Assembly (NCBI RefSeq): GCF_016432865.1
Contig: NC_067398.1
Location: 691,982,001-692,046,000, forward strand
Direction of reading: 5' to 3'
Source: Antechinus flavipes
Taxonomy: Eukaryota
DNA length: 64,000 nucleotides
Below are positions 1 to 11,960 of the stretch, piece by piece. Below the pieces are notes generated by a model. The model worked only from the letters and a program-made list of their open reading frames with translations. It ran no database searches and was not told where the DNA came from. The position numbers were made by a program, and so were the translations under genes. Within the stretch, counting starts at the first letter, position 1. Each line of letters begins with the position of its first letter.

Positions 1-1540
1 GCTCTTCCATAGGACATGAACCCAACAGCACTGAAAATCTCTTCTTCAATTGGAAATTTGGCTAGAGAGGAATTGGCTCAATCTGAGGTAAACTGTCAAT
101 GGCTTCAACATTGATTAATGACAGTCTTATTGAGAACACTATGGAAGTGTTCAACCCATATCTCCAGGATCATGTCCTTATCACTAATCAATGTGACTCC
201 TTCAGCACTGAGTAGCTGAGATGCCAGAAATGTCTTTGGCCCATAAATAGGCCTTTAAGGCATCATAAAAGTACGTTAGATTGTTACTATCTGCACAAAA
301 CTGAATTTCATCTGCCCTCTTGCTGAGCCAAGAATCCTGCATCTCTCTAAGATTTGCTTGTACTTTACTTTTGATGGAGTTAAATGCTGCTTTTTTAGAG
401 ATGAATGAATTATCCTATTGGTTAACCCTCATGGAGTTCTCGTTTTTCTTTTAGCAGCTTCTGAATTTCCCCATCATTTTCTTCAAACCAGTTCTTCTAG
501 TAGTCATCTTGCTTTGATGCTTTTGCTTAATATGAATACTTAGCTTGGAAAGGATAAGTCTATGATCAGTCCAGCACTCTATCACATATTGCCTTTATCC
601 TTCTTATATCCTGTCTATATCTTCTCCTTACAATCACATAGTCTATTAAATGGCAGTATTTGGTGAGAAGGTGTATTTGTGAAGTTTTATTGTGTTCTTA
701 GGTAAATGAAATACAGTGTTGGTGATGAGAAGGTCATGAGATGCACAAGTCTTCAATAGAAAATTAAACTCCATTCCTCCCAAAGATGCCCCACCATATC
801 TGGTCATCTAAATCTACTCTAGCATTAAAATCACCCAGAATTATAAGCTTGGCTTCTTTTGGCACATTGAAGACATAGGTCTCCAAGTCTTCACGAAATT
901 TTTCTTTAACCATCAGGGTTCATCATGATGGGAGCAACAGCTGGATGATGGTGACATGGCATTTTCCTGCAAGCAACATTAGCCTGTCATTTACTCCTTT
1001 TGGTATACAAACAAGCTTATTTATTAGATTAGTTTTAATGAGAAAACCTACAATAGCTTCACAGAATTTCACTTTACTGTGGCCATTCCAGAAAAAAATA
1101 TATCCAGCTCTGATATGTAAGATGGCCTTCATTTGCCATGTTTCACTCAGGCTACTATTTGGGTGTAATACTTTTGTCACAACAAAAGCTATTCTTTCAG
1201 CTCTATTGGACTCTGTGTTGTTTGTAAGTATCTGCACGTTTCATGTACCAATGAGGAGTAGAATCATCTTGGCAGAAGTTTCTGTACTTTTTTGTATTTC
1301 AACCCCAGAGTGGAATCCCCCATTGCCATGGTTAGGTAAACAATTTTAGGGTACCTCTTCTATCCCCTTCCTCACACCTGGAGGAGCAGTGTGATCCTGA
1401 AGAGGCCAATAAGACACTTTGGGGGCTGCCAAATCCCTGCTGCTTCCAGTAAGAAGAAAACCCTATATCCTGAGCCACCTGTGTGCAGGGATGTGACTAG
1501 TTCCCAATGTATTTGCACCTGCTACTTCATCACTTGCCTA
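1..1540 (-). mobile_element. RTE-clade LINE, 5' portion (5'UTR, AP-endonuclease and linker), decayed; continues beyond the window start
   Basis: Minus-strand translation gives APE motifs: GYIFFWNG..VGFLIK..GVNDRLM (ORF 923-1237) and LIILGDFNARV (~810-845). Further downstream it reads LREMQDSWLSKRADEIQF..LLSAEGVTLISDKDMILEIWVEHF (~150-350). Stops and frameshifts are present. Confidence 0.9.
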
Positions 1541-1639
1541 TCTTCACATATTGAAACGCTAAAAATGAAATGAGTGATTTTTTTCTATTTGTAGAAAATA
1601 GAATATTTCCTATTCATAGATATTTCTATTCTATTCAGG

Positions 1640-1910
1640 CAGAGTTGCAAGAAATCATTGACCTTATACCCCCTTCCAGAGTCATCACTATCCAGTGGCA
1701 GAACAGAGTCAAAGTGAGTGGTGATGACTGGATGCAGTGGATGATTTTAGCGTCTTCGATGTCTAACTAAGCTCTGAGCACTCCACAGCCCCTGATTCAG
1801 CTGCCTTCGTGGCCAAATTGTTCTCGTCTGCACATTTCATCAGCAAAAGTCTTAACGAGTTTGGGGTAAACATTCCCCTAACTCACCAACAATAATTTGA
1901 GTCCTGCTTC
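1640..1910 (+). mobile_element. RTE-related marsupial SINE fragment (WALLSI/RTESINE-like; family name uncertain)
   Basis: Similar to the copies at 8531-8709 and 47930-48295 (ccagagtcatc..tccagtggca..ggatgcagtggatga..cttcgtggcc..cccctaactcacc). Confidence 0.6.
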
Positions 1911-1929
1911 TCTGATTCCAAGAGTCTCT

Positions 1930-2082
1930 CCACACTTTTTTTTCCCCCTGAGGCAATTGAGGTTAAATGACTTGCCCAGGGTCACACAGCAGGAACCGTT
2001 AAGTAATTCAGGTCATATTTGAATCAGGTCCTCCTGATTTCAGGGCTGATGCTCTATCTACTGCGCCACCTGGCTGCCCCTG
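1930..2082 (-). mobile_element. Short CORE-SINE, WSINE1-like
   Basis: Reverse complement: ggggcagccaggtggcgcagtagatagagc (tRNA-derived head), CORE gtgaccctgggcaagtcatttaacctcaattgcctcag, then an A tail. Confidence 0.8.
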
Positions 2083-3843
2083 AGCCTCCCCACTCTTAAG
2101 CCCATACAATCAATCTCATTCATCTCCCTCCTGCTAGTCTCATTTTGCCACAGTCCTAAAATCCTCCAAATTCAGAGCTATCCAGCAGTTTGCTATCCCT
2201 TCAGAGAATTCTAGAGGGATAACACCTTGACATTCAGGTGATGCTTCCTTAATGCTGCAGAGACTCATAGAGACAGTCAGCCTAATGGTGCTCCTGCAAG
2301 TCTGGACTCCCTTAGAAGGAAAGCATACTTTGGATGACTGGACCATCAGGCCTCCGCTGTAAGAGTGGGGCCCAAAGTTTGGGCCTTTTGTTCCTCCATA
2401 TTCCAGCTTTTATTCTTTGTCTCTGCTTATCCCAGCCCTGGGACTCTGTATGCAGTCTATTTCTCTCCCCAGAATTCATGCTGCTCGGGAAAACTTCTCC
2501 TAGACAAAGTCAAGATTCCCAAACCCTGAAATTTAGGATTATTTATGAGGATAGTCTCAAGGCTGGCCCTTCCCCTCTCTAGATTAGAAAACACTCTCAA
2601 GGATCACTCTATCTAGGAAATCTCCCTCCTCTGGCTAGAAAACTACATTCCAGTATTCTCAAAGGTAGGGCTTCCAGAGAGACAATGCATAGAAAGTGCC
2701 CAGAAAACTTTGGTTTCCAGAACTCTCCAAGAAAACACCCAAATAGGGTCACAAAAAGTCAGGCACAACTGAAAGAGTATCTATACAAACATATATATGG
2801 ACATACACACACATATACATATGTATATATGTTATTATTACTATTTTTCAAAGTGTTTTCTGGAATCCATTATCTTTAGTCATGTTTAGAGACATATTGG
2901 CCCTGATATTCAACAGCTACATGGACTACAATTAGGTAATGTGCAATGGTTTTCCTTTTCCTCTATACTGTGTCCACAGCTCAAATGTAAAACCAAGGTC
3001 AAGATCAAGCTCTTATGCTGAAATTGAAAAGCGAGCACTTTGTTAACTAGAGGCCAGAAATGATTCTTCTCCAGTTATGAGTTGGACTAAATGGCCTCCA
3101 AGGCCTCTTCTGACCCAAGATTCTGTCCATCTATGATTCCCTCCAGAACTTATATATGTAACATAAACATTATCTCATCACTAGAGTTTGGTGAAAAGAA
3201 CCTTGGACTGTGAGTTGGGAGACTCGGTCCAAGTCTCCATTCCATCGCTAACTGCTTGACTTGGGACAAATCTCTGTAGTTAAGCCTCCTCTGCCCACCC
3301 TCTTTTCCTTTCTGTCCCCTTTCAGGTGGTTGTGAGGGCAAAATGATATGTAAAATTGCTGCAAAAAGAGAACATTCAATATATAAGAGAAAAATATATA
3401 CATCTATATGTGTATTGTCTCCATTTATATGTATGTATATATATATATATATATATGGAAGTGATTTACAATAACATATTTGCTTCTATTAGGGTCACTC
3501 CCATGTAATAACCTCACTTAACAGCAGATGTGACTCCGTGTGGTTATTCACTTTTTGAAATTCCCTTGGCCTAGACTATAAAAATTGGTTTAGAAACTGA
3601 TATGACCTAAGGGTAAGTGAATGCAGATCATAAATCACTATGACCAAGGCCAAATGGAGGTCCCAACACCATAGGGCTAAAGACCACCCACCCCATAGGA
3701 GGACACTCAGCCTGGAGAAGAAAAGGCGAGGGTGCAGCCGGGGAGCCATCTTCAAATATTCTTGAGGTATTCATGGAAAATATAGATATACACATATACA
3801 TATATTTATAAAGAAAAAGAGTAAAGTGAAACAGAGAGAAAGA

Positions 3844-4108
3844 NNNNNNNNNNNNNNNNNNNNNNNNNNNNNNNNNNNNNNNNNNNNNNNNNNNNNNNNN
3901 NNNNNNNNNNNNNNNNNNNNNNNNNNNNNNNNNNNNNNNNNNNNNNNNNNNNNNNNNNNNNNNNNNNNNNNNNNNNNNNNNNNNNNNNNNNNNNNNNNNN
4001 NNNNNNNNNNNNNNNNNNNNNNNNNNNNNNNNNNNNNNNNNNNNNNNNNNNNNNNNNNNNNNNNNNNNNNNNNNNNNNNNNNNNNNNNNNNNNNNNNNNN
4101 NNNNNNNN
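3844..4108. other. Assembly gap
   Basis: Run of N. Confidence 1.
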
Positions 4109-4599
4109 GGGTCTGCTGACTCCTCATCTAAGCTGGGTCTCTTCTCCATGACGTGTCAGTCTCATTACTACAGAGCTTCCCTTCTTACAAATACCATTTC
4201 TGGGAGTCCTACTCTTGCCTTCCTGAGCGAATACTGCCCCTTCCCATCTCTTGGTGGTTTCCACCCCAGTGTTCTTTGCAGACCTGGGCACCAGGGCCAA
4301 TCCTTGGAAAAGAAAGTCTCCACTTCCACTTTCATGCTGGTCTCCAAGGCATGGGGAGGGATTGGTTTTTCCGGCACTCCATTAATCCATCTGCAGAAGC
4401 CCTGGGACCTTTCTCCGGTTCAGGGCTGTTTTCCACTGCTCTCCAACAAGTCTCCAGAAGAATGACTCAGAGGCCCACAGGACCGGCAGGCTTCCGGGGC
4501 ACTCCAATGACTCGGGGCTGGGGAAGCCAGTCAGTGTCTCAGAGAAGGGACACTAAAGCCTAATGTATTACTATAAGTGTGAGTGATTATTGCCATTAG

Positions 4600-4935
4600 G
4601 AAGGAAGCTGGGAGGCGTCCTGCACTTGGAATTTGGAGATACCTGGGTTCGGACCTTAGCTCCGACATTTACCAGCTGTGTGTCTATGAGCAAGTCCTTT
4701 GGTCCTTCCTGAGCTTCAGTTTTCTCATCTGTATAGTGGGGATAATTAAGAAAATTACAAGTTAACAAGGATTAATTAAGCATCTACCGTGTGTCAGCCA
4801 CTATGTGCTAAATGTTGGGACTATAAAAGAGGAAGGGAAAAAGCATTTATGAAGCACAAACTGGACTAAAGGCTGAGGATACAGAAAGAGAAAAATAGTC
4901 CTTGCTCTTGAAGAACTCATAATCTAATGGGGGAA
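4600..4935. mobile_element. MIR-type CORE-SINE (+) followed by an L2 3' end (-); representative of dozens of MIR/L2 fragments not listed individually
   Basis: cctgggttcgga..ctgagcttcagttttctcatctgtatagtggggataat, then attaagcatctaccgtgtgtcagccactatgtgctaa. Confidence 0.7.
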
Positions 4936-5807
4936 TTCTAATCATGAGATCATACATGTAAATCATTCCAATCTGAATTTTATATAGAAGTTGAGGTAAA
5001 AATCATGTGTTCTTGCCTGCTGTTCCCATACTCCATGTTCACTGGGGACTGTAGTCTTCTCTTGGTATCCAGTGGCAGGAATCCACTGTTTGCAAATATG
5101 TGCTTTACCCACACATGCACCCACATCCTTATGTCATTCTTCAATCGGTCACGCTAGATAAGAAGCAAATCAAATTTAAAAATCATATTTTCTATGTCAG
5201 ATGACAAACCTTTTAGAGAAACAGACTCAGGGCTACACACCTCAGCCAAAAAAAGCTCTGTGCAAGATGGGGAAGCCCAGTCCCATCAGGGCTGTGATGA
5301 TGGACATGAGTAAAGGACAGCAACGTGCTCACCCTTGGAAGGGCTAATGTTCCTGTCTCATCATTTTGAGGTGAACAGAAAATTCTTCAAAATGTGCCCA
5401 AAGAACATCGAGCAGGGAGTAATTACCGTGAGTCAGCCCCAGACATCCCAGCTCACAATGGGACCTTTCATTGGTTCCTCCTGCTTGAATGGCAGGACCC
5501 TTTACACCCCTCACCTTCTAGATGATTTGGGTTTTTTATTCTAGTCTCAAGACTCTTACAAGATGGCAGAGTCGATGGAGATCTGTCCTTGGAGCCAGGA
5601 AGAACTTAGTTCAAGTCCTTTGTCTCAAACCCACTGGATGGGCAACCCTGGGCCACTCATTCAGCTCTTAGTACCCCCAGAAAACTCTTGAAGACTACAA
5701 GTTACCAGTGATTTCCACTGGTAGAGAAGTTGGGCCCAACTGGAAGTTCTCTATACTAATGAAATCGCAAGCCTAGTCCCTATGTCCTCTCCATCTTCCC
5801 ATCTGAA

Positions 5808-5809
<2 letters not shown>

Positions 5810-5840
<31 letters not shown>
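5810..5840. repeat. (CA)n microsatellite
   Basis: About 15 perfect CA units. Confidence 0.95.
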
Positions 5841-5843
<3 letters not shown>

Positions 5844-6159
5844 TTTTAAAGTTGGAAGAAACCTTGGTAGTCTTTAAATCCAACCCATGCCTGAGCAAGA
5901 ATCTTGTCTGGAACCCACCAATAGGTAGACACTCAACTTTCGCTCAATGCCTTTGAGGAGGAAAAGGCCAATTCCTCGCAGCATACCTTATTCCACTGGG
6001 GGATAGTATTCAGTGTCTCACCACTCAATGGACCTTCAGTCCTTCCTTCCTTCCTTCATTCATTCAACAAGCATTTATTGATTTCTTATAATATTCTAGG
6101 CAATGAGCTAGACCCTGGGGATACAAACACGACTGTCCAGGTTGTAGTTCTAAATCTAG

Positions 6160-6540
6160 TTCAGGTAAGCTACTGTGCAGTAAGAAATGCTAAACCGGTT
6201 GATTTTAGAAAAACATGGAAAGACTTGCATGAAATAACGAAGAGTGAAATGAACAGAACCAAGAAAATGTTGTATACAGTAGTACCAATATTGTTCAAAA
6301 AACAACAGTGAATGCCTAAGTTCTTCTGTATACACAAGTACCCCAATCATCTACAAAGGGCCTATGAAGGAAGAGGCTACCCACCCCAGAGAACAACTAA
6401 TCAATAGAAGTGTGCAGAGTATAGTTTTACAGACATACATAATAAATAGATAGATCGTTCTATCTGTGTAATGGCTTTCTCTAGTGAAGGGTGGGGAGGA
6501 TGGGGAGGGAGATAGTTTGGAACTTAAATGTAACATAAAA
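6160..6540 (+). mobile_element. L1 3' end fragment (ORF2 end and 3'UTR)
   Basis: ctactgtgcagtaagaaatg..gaaaaacatggaaagacttgcatgaaataacgaagagtgaaatgaacagaaccaag, a G-rich 3'UTR tract and a short A tail. Confidence 0.75.
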
Positions 6541-8164
6541 TTCTGGGATTACTCAGAGGCTAAGGGTTCAAATAAATAATACTTTTAATAAAAAATATAT
6601 CCAAATACTCCCAGGCAAAAGTGATCCCTAAAGTAGTTCAAAAGCTATTCAGAGGCAGATTTTTAAAAGGTAAAAACCATAGCAAAGAAGCTGAAAGCAA
6701 AAAGCCAGCAAATTCTCTGGAATCTGGCCTCCTTTTTATAGTTCTAAAACTGGTATTACATCCTCTTGGCCTAAAAGACTCCCAGCCTTGTCCCAGATCA
6801 GTCCATCTGGGGCAAAGTTGCTCATACTGCCTAGGTCTGTTCCATAAACAATGACAACAAAACTAGCTAGTCTTATGAGATTATAGAGAGTTGTTTCATT
6901 GGGTCCCAATAATTTTATTGTTCCAGTACTGTTCTGATTATTCATTATAGATCTCCGAGAGATTGTCCTGATCCCCAGTTCTGAAATGGGCCCCATAGTA
7001 GAAAACACAGAGAAGGAACTGCCCTGATCATAATACCTCCATTTCAAAGATATCACTGTGTTTGATTTATATCTTACTGTTTTATTTTCTTCCACTTAGG
7101 GATATAAGGCACAACTCCTGTCTTCTAAAATTCTGTTATGATCTCATTAATGTAACTCAATAGTTCCCTTTTTTTTTCTTCCACAAACTCCTTTCAACAA
7201 CAAACAAATTGTTGTGAACCTTGAGCATAATTTAATATGCTATTTATAATATTATTTTGTTTATTCATTAAGTGCTTACAATAACTATAATACTTTCATC
7301 CCCCAAAGCTGAAAATTAAATTTACTTTACATAATTATATAATATAAAATTTTATTTTATCTTATTTATGAAAACTATAAATATCAATTTGTGAAAATAA
7401 TTATGAAATAATTAAAATATTTTATGGGGGATATTCTTTAAGAATTAAAAAAGTAATCCCACAAGACCTCATATGCTTATGATTATTTGTAAGACTTTAT
7501 ATTAAATTTATTTTATAAATCTTGGGGAATACAAGTAATATTAAATGAAATCAGTTATAACTTGGAAGATGTTTAATATAATATAATAATCATGTGTAAA
7601 CAATTTCAAAATTAGACTTTTTATTTGAAAAAAAATTTTGTGATATTTGGCTCAGTAACAGAGAAAAAGACTCAAATATGATTCCATATTAAATTTCTTT
7701 CTGCATTTTGATTTAAAACAAGAATAAAGTGAAAATACTTGCTCATACAAATATGAGGCAGGAAATGGTAAGTAGGAGAATTTTACAAGCTCCCTTGCTG
7801 AGAGGCAGAAATTCATTATTATTTTTAGTCACCTAACCAATGAAAAGTAAATAATTATGACATTAAATATTTATTTTTCTATTGATTAATGATAAGCACT
7901 ATACCAAATGATAAATTTACTTTAAGTTCCATCATATATGTTGCTTCATTTTTAGTAATATATACACACACACATACATATATATATACTTTTCTAAAGA
8001 AACAATCTCTTCACATCTGGTTATTCTCTTCTTTCTTTTGTCCTATTGGTTACATTCAGAAATTCTGTTAAATCTTGTTCTATTAAACCAGTGTTGCTAG
8101 TCAGTTCATTTGAAAATCTACTAGATAGAGAAGAAGAATAACTTAAGTTAACTTAACTTTTTAT

Positions 8165-8325
8165 TTTTTATTAAAGTTTTTTTTTTATTTTCAAAGCATA
8201 TGCATAGAGAGTTTTCATTATCCACCCTTGCAAAATGTTATGTTACAAAATTTTTCCCCTCTTTTCCCCCCATCCCCTCCCCTAGGCAGCAAGCAATCCA
8301 ATATATGTTAAACACGTACAATTTG
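8165..8325 (-). mobile_element. L1 3'UTR fragment with poly(A), seen as T-rich on +
   Basis: ttttattttcaaagcatatgcat..ccacccttgcaaaa..cccctcccctaggcagcaagcaatccaatatatgttaaaca; related to 15020-15180 and 37830-37960. Confidence 0.75.
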
Positions 8326-8530
8326 TGAAAGATAAATTTAAATCAGGAAAGCGCCTTAATGCTGCAATGAGAAGCAATATAAAGTTTGTTTCTGCAGAAC
8401 ATTTGTGATGATCTGTGCATGTGCCCAGCGATCAGTGATTTCAAATGGCCTATCATTTGTGCTACAAGAATGAAAATTTTTCTAACTCAATTGCATGATT
8501 TCACAGCTGAAAAGGTACAATTATAAGGGA

Positions 8531-8709
8531 TTGATTTTCGTCCTTTGTCCATGAAAAGAATTGTGATATGAATGAGGTAATGTCGTAACATGCAAGTGAA
8601 TTGGATTTAAGTGAGGGAGGGCTGTGCAAGGTCTCCTGCCTCACTTTCCCCTCCAGAGCCATCTGGGTCCAGTAGCCAGATAGATCAGGACAACTGGAGA
8701 TGGCTCTCC
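8531..8709 (+). mobile_element. RTE-related SINE 5' portion with an 11-bp target-site duplication
   Basis: tgcaagtgaattggatttaagtgagggagggctgtgcaagg..gatcaggacaactggagatgg, flanked by attataaggga at 8520-8530 and 8710-8720. Confidence 0.8.
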
Positions 8710-8896
8710 ATTATAAGGGAACAAAGGAAGTGAAGGAGCTCCCCTGATGCACCATACTAATCACAATTGAGGATATGTATGTGCATCTGACCATTCGTTA
8801 GAAGCTAGTTTGTGCATAAATGTGTTTGTAAATAATTTGATGACAGATTGAGAAATCACAAGAACATGTAGAACTTAGACACAGTCAGAATTTGAT

Positions 8897-9145
8897 GTAG
8901 TTGTTATTGCTGTAATCATTCAATCTCTAAGTCACATCTGACTTTTCAGGGGATTTTGTTGGCAAAGATCCTGGAGTGGTTTTGCCATTTCCTTCTCCAG
9001 TGGATCCAGTGGATCATTTTGCCAGGCAATCAAACATAAATTGCCCAGTGTCACACAGCTAGGAAGTGTCTGCAGGCTGATTTAAATTCAGGTCTTCCTG
9101 ACTGTAGACCTAGAGTTCTGTCCACTGAGCCACCAACTGCCCCTT
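8897..9145 (-). mobile_element. Mar1-type CORE-SINE with a BovB/RTE-like tail
   Basis: ttggcaaagatcctggagtggtttgccatttccttctccag tail plus CORE and head. The family recurs at ~18228, 21525, 26160, 30712, 33425, 40985, 43150, 54195, 57215, 60945 and 61790. Confidence 0.75.
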
Positions 9146-9149
9146 GTTC

Positions 9150-9600
9150 TGCTGTCAATCAGCCTTGTCTCACTTTTTGTGAATCCACAGACCAACTCAT
9201 TTATAACTGAAGTCTGGAAAGGTGACCAGGAAAGATCTGTTGCAGAAGGTGAGATCTGACTTAAGTCTTGAAGGAATCCAGGAGACAGAAGTGAGAAGGA
9301 AGAGAATTCCAGACATGAGGGAAAGCCAGTGAAGAGGTACAGAGTCCAGAAAAAGTGGGCTATGTGGGAGGAACAGCAAGAAAGAAATAACACTGGCTTT
9401 TAGATAAAGCCAATGGATAAGAAAGCCATTGTAGAGTACATGGACAGGAGTAAAGTGTAAGAAGACTGGAGAGTACTTTGTGAATGGGCTTTAAAAGCCA
9501 GGGATTTCATGTGTAAACCTGGAAGTAATAGGGAGCCATTTCAAGTTACAGAGTAGAGGGAAGAGAAATGGTCAGATCTGAGCTTTAGAAAAATAATTAT
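9150..9600 (-). mobile_element. L2 LINE remnant
   Basis: Purine-rich L2 antisense signature (ttgaaggaatccaggagacagaagtgagaagg..gtaatagggagccatt). Confidence 0.65.
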
Positions 9601-10914
9601 AGCGTCAATCACTTTTGGAAGTAACACCTCTCATTCCAGATTTAACTGTCTTTTACAACAAATAAAAATATGCTTTACAATGACTATGTCTGAGAATGTG
9701 GGTCACATTGTGCCTTAGCATTTCCCCATCTCCCTGATTTGAAGAGAGAAGTACCTTCCATGTTTTCTAGACTATTATTCAATCTCTTCAGTTTTTTTAC
9801 AAATGAGGAAAATAGGACTTAGATGGTTTAATTCTCTTGCTCATTGTCATATAGCCATCAAGTATCATAGGCAGAATTCAAATTCAAGTCTCCTCTGACC
9901 CCCAGTTAGAAATATTGCATTTGTATGCCCAGTCAAAATCAGTCTATCATTAAGCATTAATTGAGCACTTACTAGGGGCCAGGGATTATGCTAAGCACTG
10001 GAAATATGAAAAGAGGCAATATTCAGCGTCCACCCTCAAGGATCTTCCCATCTAACAACAATGTACAAACAAGGTATAGCCAGGATAAACTGAAGGTGGT
10101 CAACAGAGAGGAAACAGCATCCCCATTTTATGGGGTCAGTGATGTAAAGGGACCTGCCCTCAATTTCTTGGCTTCCCAAGGCCAAATCCAACAAAATAAA
10201 TATATTCTGTCTCATTTAAAAAAAACTATTTGGGGCACAGGAAAAAGAATAGGAAAGCACTAATTCCCAAATTATTTATAAGAGAAGGAGGAGGACCCCA
10301 CTCCCCCTGCCTCCTGCCCAGTGCCAAAACTCCCAAACTGGTCGCCATTAGCATTCCTGGAATTCACCCCTGAAAGATTATGTGCATTCCTCATTGTGGT
10401 TTTTTCAAAATGCTCTGTCTTGGAGGAATTTTCATGAAACTGCTGAAGAAAGAGACCTCAGTTCTGTCTCTAATCTGTTCATCTCTGTGAACATCCTGCC
10501 AGCCAAGCTCCTAGGGCCATTGGAGAATGAGAAAAATGTCCAAGTCCCTGTTAAGACAGTAAGTGCCACCACAGAACATATTAGTACCACAAAAGTTTCA
10601 GAACAAGAAAAGGACTGGTGATATGTGCTGGCATGAGGAAAACAGATGAAAACACTCCCCTGGGAGCTACCGTTCACACAAAGAAATGATAATTACCCCA
10701 ATTATAATATAACCCAGAACATCGTACATAGAAATAATTTGTTGAATTGCTGTAAGTCAGATTCTCTTGTGCCAAACTAAAATACCCAGCATACCTTTGT
10801 TGCCACAAAACAAAAATAAGTGAACCACTAGTAAGAGCTTAAAAGTCACCGTGATGCACAAAGATTACATACACCAAAACTTTACCTACCACCTGTTGCT
10901 TATATTGTTGTTAA

Positions 10915-11095
10915 TAATAAGAATTTATTGCTACTAATTACTAATAGTATTATCATTAACCATTATAGTATTAATAATTTTATTAATTGTAATTATTGTG
11001 AATATTGTTAACTATTTGTATTATTGTTGATTATTAATATTATTAGTTATAAATTTCTTGTATTATTATTCATTTTATTATTAATATTATTATTA
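10915..11095. repeat. AT-rich low-complexity (ATT)-like tract
   Basis: attattaatattattag-type degenerate repeats. Confidence 0.8.
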
Positions 11096-11489
11096 GCCAC
11101 CAACTACGTAGAAGGGCATGGGTCAGCTACATTTCTGGACACGCTATCCAGGAATTTGGATGAGAACATATTATGGAGAGAACAATAAGGAGGCAGTGAC
11201 TGTGGCAAAAGATTGACCTCAAATCTTGTCCAAATGACCCATCTTCAAGCAAACAAACAAAAAAACTGAGTTGGGGAGAACAAAGTGTCTGTGGCTGGCC
11301 CATTCCGGGGTGCCCCCTGTTCTCACTGAGGGTAACAAATATGAGACTTCAACATTGGACTTCCGATATCAGCTCTTTTCATATTCTTCTCTCTTTTCAA
11401 TTTCCCCATATCCAACAACAAACCTGAAAGATGATTCAGATGAGATGAGATAAGGGCCTTCGCCAGGATGTTGGCAGTACCTTCTGGGT

Positions 11490-11960
11490 CTGTGGGTCAC
11501 AGCCTCTCCACACTCTAGTCCATCTTCCACTCAGCCATCAAAGTGAGCATCCTAAAGCACAAGTCCAACCACGTCACCTTTCTGCTCATTAAGCTCCAGG
11601 GGCTCCCTGTCACCTCCAGAATCAAATATAAAATTCTCTTTTTAGCTTCTCAAGGCCTTCATAACCCAGCTCCCCTAGTCTTTCTGATCTATACAACTTA
11701 CATGCTACACATATTCTTCGTATACAACAATGTCGCTGGCCTTTTTACTGTTCCTAAAACAAAACACCCCTCTCCAGACTCCAGACATTTTCTCTGACTG
11801 GCTAGAATGCTTTCCCTTTTCATCTCTGCCTCCTGGTTTCCCTGAAGGCCCAGAGAAAATCTCACCTTCTACCAGAAGCTTTTCCTAATTCTTTTCATTC
11901 CAGTACCCTTCCTCTATTGATTGTTTTCTCTTTTTCCTGTGTTTATTTAGATTTTTTAAT
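11490..11960 (+). mobile_element. L2 LINE remnant
   Basis: tcctaaagcacaagtccaaccacgtcacc..ggctccctgtcacctccagaatcaaatataaaattctc, typical of the L2 3' region. Confidence 0.7.

Noticed and set aside
923-1349. 104-aa and 134-aa ORFs as host genes
   Set aside because: They are the RTE endonuclease remnant and its antisense frame.
6160-8160. L1 3' transduction as the origin of the AT-rich island
   Set aside because: There is no same-strand terminal poly(A) or TSD; the T-rich end belongs to a separate, oppositely oriented L1.
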